From: an uncultured virus (IMG/VR IMGVR_UViG_3300044675_006217)
Taxonomy: Duplodnaviria > Heunggongvirae > Uroviricota > Caudoviricetes
IMG/VR virus record: IMGVR_UViG_3300044675_006217
DNA length: 59,594 bases
Direction: 5' to 3' (one strand)
This document shows, one piece after another, positions 55,704 through 59,594 of this stretch. Position numbers and translations under genes: made by a program. Below the pieces are notes generated by a model. That model was not told where the DNA came from, made no database searches, and saw only the letters and a program-made list of their open reading frames with translations. Within the stretch, counting starts at the first letter, position 1. Each line of letters starts with the position of its first letter.

Positions 55704-56303
55704 ATGAAATACACAAGAGAACAGGTTGAATCTACCTTAAAAAACAAAGGTTACGTTTATTTTGAAGACAAAAATAACAAAGGTTATGATGTCAATATTA
55801 TTGGTATTAGAAATTCTGATACTGGTCAAAAAGTTACAAATGCATTTGACGACTTACTAACAATGAGTTATAAAGATGAAACGGGAGCATGGAAATATCA
55901 TGAGTGGCCAGCAACAACCGACCCAGGTAAAAAAGGAGTTTTAGAATACCATAACGTTAAAGGAGTTGCAAGATTGGTTGAAGGACAATACAGAGGTTCT
56001 CACGGAATTGGACTCCACCAAGGTAAGTATGAGGCATTGAAACAAGCAAAAAATGTTAAAGTTTATCGTGACGCAAATAAAGACTTAAGTTATGATGAAA
56101 ACAAAGTAGATGAAGGTCTATTTGGTATTAACATTCACAAGGCTGGCGCTGACTCAACTTATGTTGAAAATTGGTCAGAAGGATGTCAAGTGTTTAAAAG
56201 AAGTGCGGACTTTGAAGAATTTATGAAAATTTGTAGAAAGGCTCGTGAAAAACATGGAAACTCTTTTACTTACACATTAATTGAAAGTTCTGACATAAAA
56301 TAA
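55704..56303 (+). CDS. putative peptidoglycan-acting enzyme (YkuD/L,D-transpeptidase-like His...S-x-G-C)
   Basis: GINIHKAG...WSEGCQV. Confidence 0.55.
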   Translation: MKYTREQVESTLKNKGYVYFEDKNNKGYDVNIIGIRNSDTGQKVTNAFDDLLTMSYKDETGAWKYHEWPATTDPGKKGVLEYHNVKGVARLVEGQYRGSHGIGLHQGKYEALKQAKNVKVYRDANKDLSYDENKVDEGLFGINIHKAGADSTYVENWSEGCQVFKRSADFEEFMKICRKAREKHGNSFTYTLIESSDIK

Positions 56304-56321
56304 AAATTTTAAAATACTTTA

Positions 56322-58226
56322 ATGAAAACTATCTATTACCTAACCTTATTACTTTTATTTTTACCATTTATTGGATATACACAAGTACCAGTGGCACCAT
56401 CAAACGGATTGTGGGGAATTATTGCTTCACAGTATCAAGTTGGAACAACAACACAAGGTACAACGGACGCAAAGATTACTTTACAAAATACAACTCTAAC
56501 AAAATTTGCGGGAGTTCAGTTTAGAGTATTCTATGATAATGTTGCTTTTACAAATGCAACTGTTTCATTAATCGGACCATCTGCGAACTTAGACCTTCAG
56601 TATATTACAAATACCGCAAATGGTTATATCACAATTACTTTAGTTTATACAGGGCCAAGTGCAACGTATACAATACCAAACGGTGAAAGATTTCTTATCA
56701 CCTTTGTTCATGCTCCGGCCGCAACATTCAATAACTTGGCGTCTATCTCTAACTTAACTTGGACAGGACCACAAACTTTTACACCATATGCTGCAAAACA
56801 AGACGGTATGGACACAACATTAAGTGTTCATAACTATGGTGGTGTATTTACTCCTGTGAACTTTGCATTTCACGGAACGTTTACAAACGTTACGGGGTCA
56901 CCGGCTAAATATTTAAATTTAGCATTACAAAGAAGACCATTCGGTGGAAACACTTGGACACAACATTCTTCTTATGTTACAGACATAAACGGCGACTTTA
57001 ATATCTCAGTACCGTTAGATACAACATATTGGGATGTAAGACTTGCAATTCAAGGAGACACTATGGGTGTTGGTAATATTATATCTTCAACGGATGCTCA
57101 GTTAATCAATCAGTGGGTTTTAGGAAATGGAACTATGACTGGATTTGATTACTTCACAGCAGACGTGAATGGTTCTAATAATACAACTATATCTGACGTG
57201 TGGGGTGTGTTCGGTAGAGTATCAGGTAGATTTACACAATGGCCTAACAATACAAAAGATGTTAAATTCTTTACCACATCTGAATTTGCAACTATCAATG
57301 GGTCTAACACCAACTACACATCCACAATCCCCGGTGTGACTAACTTTACATTTGATATTTTACCAGGTCAACCTGACTCTGTAGTATATTATGTAATGGT
57401 TCCTGGAGATGCCAACGGTACAGGTTATAACATGGCTCGTGTAACACCAATTGAAGTATTGGTTGGACCAATACCAGGATTGGAATCACAAATCTATAAT
57501 GTAATCGACACAAAAGTTGAATACGATTTTCCAACATCAACAATTGAAGTAAATGTTCCTCACATAACAGTTGAAGCAGGAAACTTGGTTGAATTACCGG
57601 TTAAGGTTTTCACTAACGGTGAAGAGTTGTCATCACTTCAGTTCGGTTTAAAATACAATTCAGAACTATTAGAATTTAAAGGTATATATTCTACATCTAA
57701 TGCGATGGAATGGATTACATATGTCAATCCTAATAACAATCAAGTTGATTGGGGTGGATTTGACATAACAAACGGAGAACAAACATTAAAAAATGGTGAT
57801 GAGGTTGTTAAATTACAATTTATAGCAAAACAACCACAAAACCTTTGGGAAGAAAGTCCTCTTTATACTTCTTTAAAATTCGCAGGAAATGTTCAATCAA
57901 AAGATTTAACAGTAACTCCAACAAACGGAATCCTTCAAGTATTAAAAAGTAATATGGGTCAAGTAATTGGAAACACTATTTCAGTAAAACCCAATCCTGT
58001 CGTTGATGAGGTTACAATATCATTTGAAGTTAAAGAAACCACAAACGCAAACCTATCAATAACTGATGTTGTTGGAAGAAAGTTAATTACAATCTTTGAC
58101 ACTCAATTACCAAACGGAGAATATAACTATGTTGAAAACTTAGGGAGTTTAGAAAGAGGTCTTTACTTAGTTACATTAACTATGGAGAACGGAGAAACTA
58201 AAGTCTCAAAAATTGTAAAACAATAA
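56322..58226 (+). CDS. T9SS type-A CTD cargo protein with cohesin- and dockerin-like modules
   Basis: Signal peptide; QFRVFYD and LQFGLKYN cohesin-like strands; ADVNGSNNTTISD dockerin-like loop; C-terminal PNPV...GLYLV....KIVK. Confidence 0.8.
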   Translation: MKTIYYLTLLLLFLPFIGYTQVPVAPSNGLWGIIASQYQVGTTTQGTTDAKITLQNTTLTKFAGVQFRVFYDNVAFTNATVSLIGPSANLDLQYITNTANGYITITLVYTGPSATYTIPNGERFLITFVHAPAATFNNLASISNLTWTGPQTFTPYAAKQDGMDTTLSVHNYGGVFTPVNFAFHGTFTNVTGSPAKYLNLALQRRPFGGNTWTQHSSYVTDINGDFNISVPLDTTYWDVRLAIQGDTMGVGNIISSTDAQLINQWVLGNGTMTGFDYFTADVNGSNNTTISDVWGVFGRVSGRFTQWPNNTKDVKFFTTSEFATINGSNTNYTSTIPGVTNFTFDILPGQPDSVVYYVMVPGDANGTGYNMARVTPIEVLVGPIPGLESQIYNVIDTKVEYDFPTSTIEVNVPHITVEAGNLVELPVKVFTNGEELSSLQFGLKYNSELLEFKGIYSTSNAMEWITYVNPNNNQVDWGGFDITNGEQTLKNGDEVVKLQFIAKQPQNLWEESPLYTSLKFAGNVQSKDLTVTPTNGILQVLKSNMGQVIGNTISVKPNPVVDEVTISFEVKETTNANLSITDVVGRKLITIFDTQLPNGEYNYVENLGSLERGLYLVTLTMENGETKVSKIVKQ

Positions 58227-58248
58227 ACTAAAAATAAACAAAAACAAA

Positions 58249-58581
58249 ATGTCAGAAGAAACACAAGACACAAACGACGGAACGTGGTCAGGATTAAAAA
58301 AGACCATCGTTGGTACATTATCAACAGTAATTGCTGGTGGTGGAACATGGTTAGGTGTTATGTTATATGGTGGAGGTGACGAAGAACCAAAAGAGGAGAC
58401 AAAAACAGAACAGTCTGGAGGTCAAGCACCTATAACTATAAACGTACAACAAAACCAAGAAAATAAACAAAAAACTGAGAACAATAATGGTGGTGGTGTG
58501 GTTCGTGAAAGAATCATCGAAAAACCTGCGGCTCAACAACCAACTCAACCACAACCTAAAAAAGAGGAAGAGTCTTGGTAA
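58249..58581 (+). CDS. single-TM hypothetical protein
   Basis: Gly-rich TM followed by a polar tail. Confidence 0.6.
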   Translation: MSEETQDTNDGTWSGLKKTIVGTLSTVIAGGGTWLGVMLYGGGDEEPKEETKTEQSGGQAPITINVQQNQENKQKTENNNGGGVVRERIIEKPAAQQPTQPQPKKEEESW

Positions 58582-58601
58582 TAAACAATAAATAAAATAA
58601 A

Positions 58602-58886
58602 ATGGCACAAAAGAAAACAAAAAAATCATTCTTCGTAAGAATGTTTATGGACAAAAACGACATCAACGAGAAATCAATCGTTGGTTTTGGAGCATTTATC
58701 ATGATGGTAATCTGTTTAGCTGTGGATATTTACACAGGATTACATGGACAAGAAATGCCAATCAATAAATTTATTTATGATGGATTTTTATGGATTACAT
58801 TAGGTTCATTTGGTATTGCTTCAGTTGACAAATACTTGTCAGGTAAACAAAATGATAAAGAAGAAGACGAAGAAGTAGAAGGGTAA
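58602..58886 (+). CDS. 2-TM membrane protein
   Basis: Two TM helices; SFGIASVDK. Confidence 0.65.
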   Translation: MAQKKTKKSFFVRMFMDKNDINEKSIVGFGAFIMMVICLAVDIYTGLHGQEMPINKFIYDGFLWITLGSFGIASVDKYLSGKQNDKEEDEEVEG

Positions 58887-59594
58887 TGAAAAAAATACTT
58901 TACATATTACCACTTTTATTGATTGGATGTAAAACAATACAAGCTCAACCCCCTCAAAACGGAGGGGGAATTGGCTCTGTTAAAACAGAACAATATGTTG
59001 CTGATTTTGAAAAAAAACAATCAATTGATTCGGTTGCAGAATACAACGACACTATTCAAGTACCAATACAATTATTAAAAATAGGAATCAATGAAGAATT
59101 ATATTCTTTATATCCCGAACTTAAAGATAAAAGAGTCGGTCTTGGTGTAACAAATATTGTTATAGAATATTTGGAGTATACAAATAGATTTATTTTTACT
59201 GAAGAAAAAGAGGAAATAAAACAAAGAATGATTGCACAAGACAAAGCGTCAGACAAGGGAGTTTCATCTAACAAAATTGAAGTAAAAGGAAATGTAGTTT
59301 TGGCAAAATATTTTGTTTATATTGAAGTATACGATTTTAGTGTTTCTGAAGATGAGATAGTTAAAGTAAATGGTCAACAGACTGTAAATCAAACCACAAG
59401 ATTAGGTCTTCAAATTAAATTTGTAGATGCAGAAACAAGTCAAGTTATTGTTGGTTCAGGGTTAGGTGAAGCAGTTACTATTAAAACAACATCAATTTTG
59501 GGAGACATTTCAGACGATGTAAAATTTAACCAATCAACAATAGGTATATCCACAAAAAAAGCTTTAGAAACCGCATCATCAAGAGTGGTTAAAC
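58886..59594 (+). CDS. CsgG/HfaB-like lipoprotein, 3'-truncated by window edge
   Basis: MKKILYILPLLLIG-C lipobox; GLGVTNI.....TNRF...E; LQIKFVDAETSQV...G.GEA. The frame is open to the window end. Confidence 0.65.
   Translation, partial: MKKILYILPLLLIGCKTIQAQPPQNGGGIGSVKTEQYVADFEKKQSIDSVAEYNDTIQVPIQLLKIGINEELYSLYPELKDKRVGLGVTNIVIEYLEYTNRFIFTEEKEEIKQRMIAQDKASDKGVSSNKIEVKGNVVLAKYFVYIEVYDFSVSEDEIVKVNGQQTVNQTTRLGLQIKFVDAETSQVIVGSGLGEAVTIKTTSILGDISDDVKFNQSTIGISTKKALETASSRVVK

Noticed and set aside
315..59274. Many short antisense or nested ORFs in the track (e.g. 315..761, 5635..5964, 9393..9806, 55346..55690, 59056..59274)
   Set aside because: They are shadows of well-supported genes on the other strand or frame, with Ser/Phe/Ile-rich antisense composition.
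1..59594. Alternative genetic code (TAG/TGA recoding) or suppressor tRNA
   Set aside because: Long conserved genes are intact under code 11, TAG and TGA end genes at sensible positions, and no canonical suppressor tRNA is present. The TTTA loop at ~39817 is a 4-nt loop, not an anticodon loop.

Overview
AT-rich, densely coding segment of a large (jumbo/huge-type) lytic dsDNA phage genome using the standard genetic code. The host is probably a Bacteroidota member, based on repeated TTTG-N19/20-TAnnTTTG promoters, a T9SS C-terminal-domain cargo gene, an Hc1-like protein and GSII. Replication and recombination genes include a primase, a PD-(D/E)xK nuclease and SbcD/SbcC-like genes. Other recognisable genes are a sigma70 factor, three DNA methyltransferases, DnaJ, glutaredoxin, glutamine synthetase, thyA, GIY-YIG and HNH endonucleases and lysis genes. 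There is a tRNA region with five canonical and four aberrant tRNA-like genes. The main unusual elements are: (1) a CRISPR-like array of 36-nt repeats and unique 30-nt spacers that is fully in frame inside a protein-coding gene, with no cas genes in the window (51351-52079); (2) an ~800-nt ornate ncRNA, probably GOLLD-class, behind an rRNA-style promoter/hairpin/boxA leader (36432-37234); (3) a tandem cassette array of six proteins with shared leaders, unrelated bodies, shared PTQK-type tails and near-identical junction repeats (39930-43013); (4) a DfrB/R67-like protein directly after thyA; and (5) an apparently catalytically dead MetK homolog. All calls come from motif reading by eye; no database searches were run.
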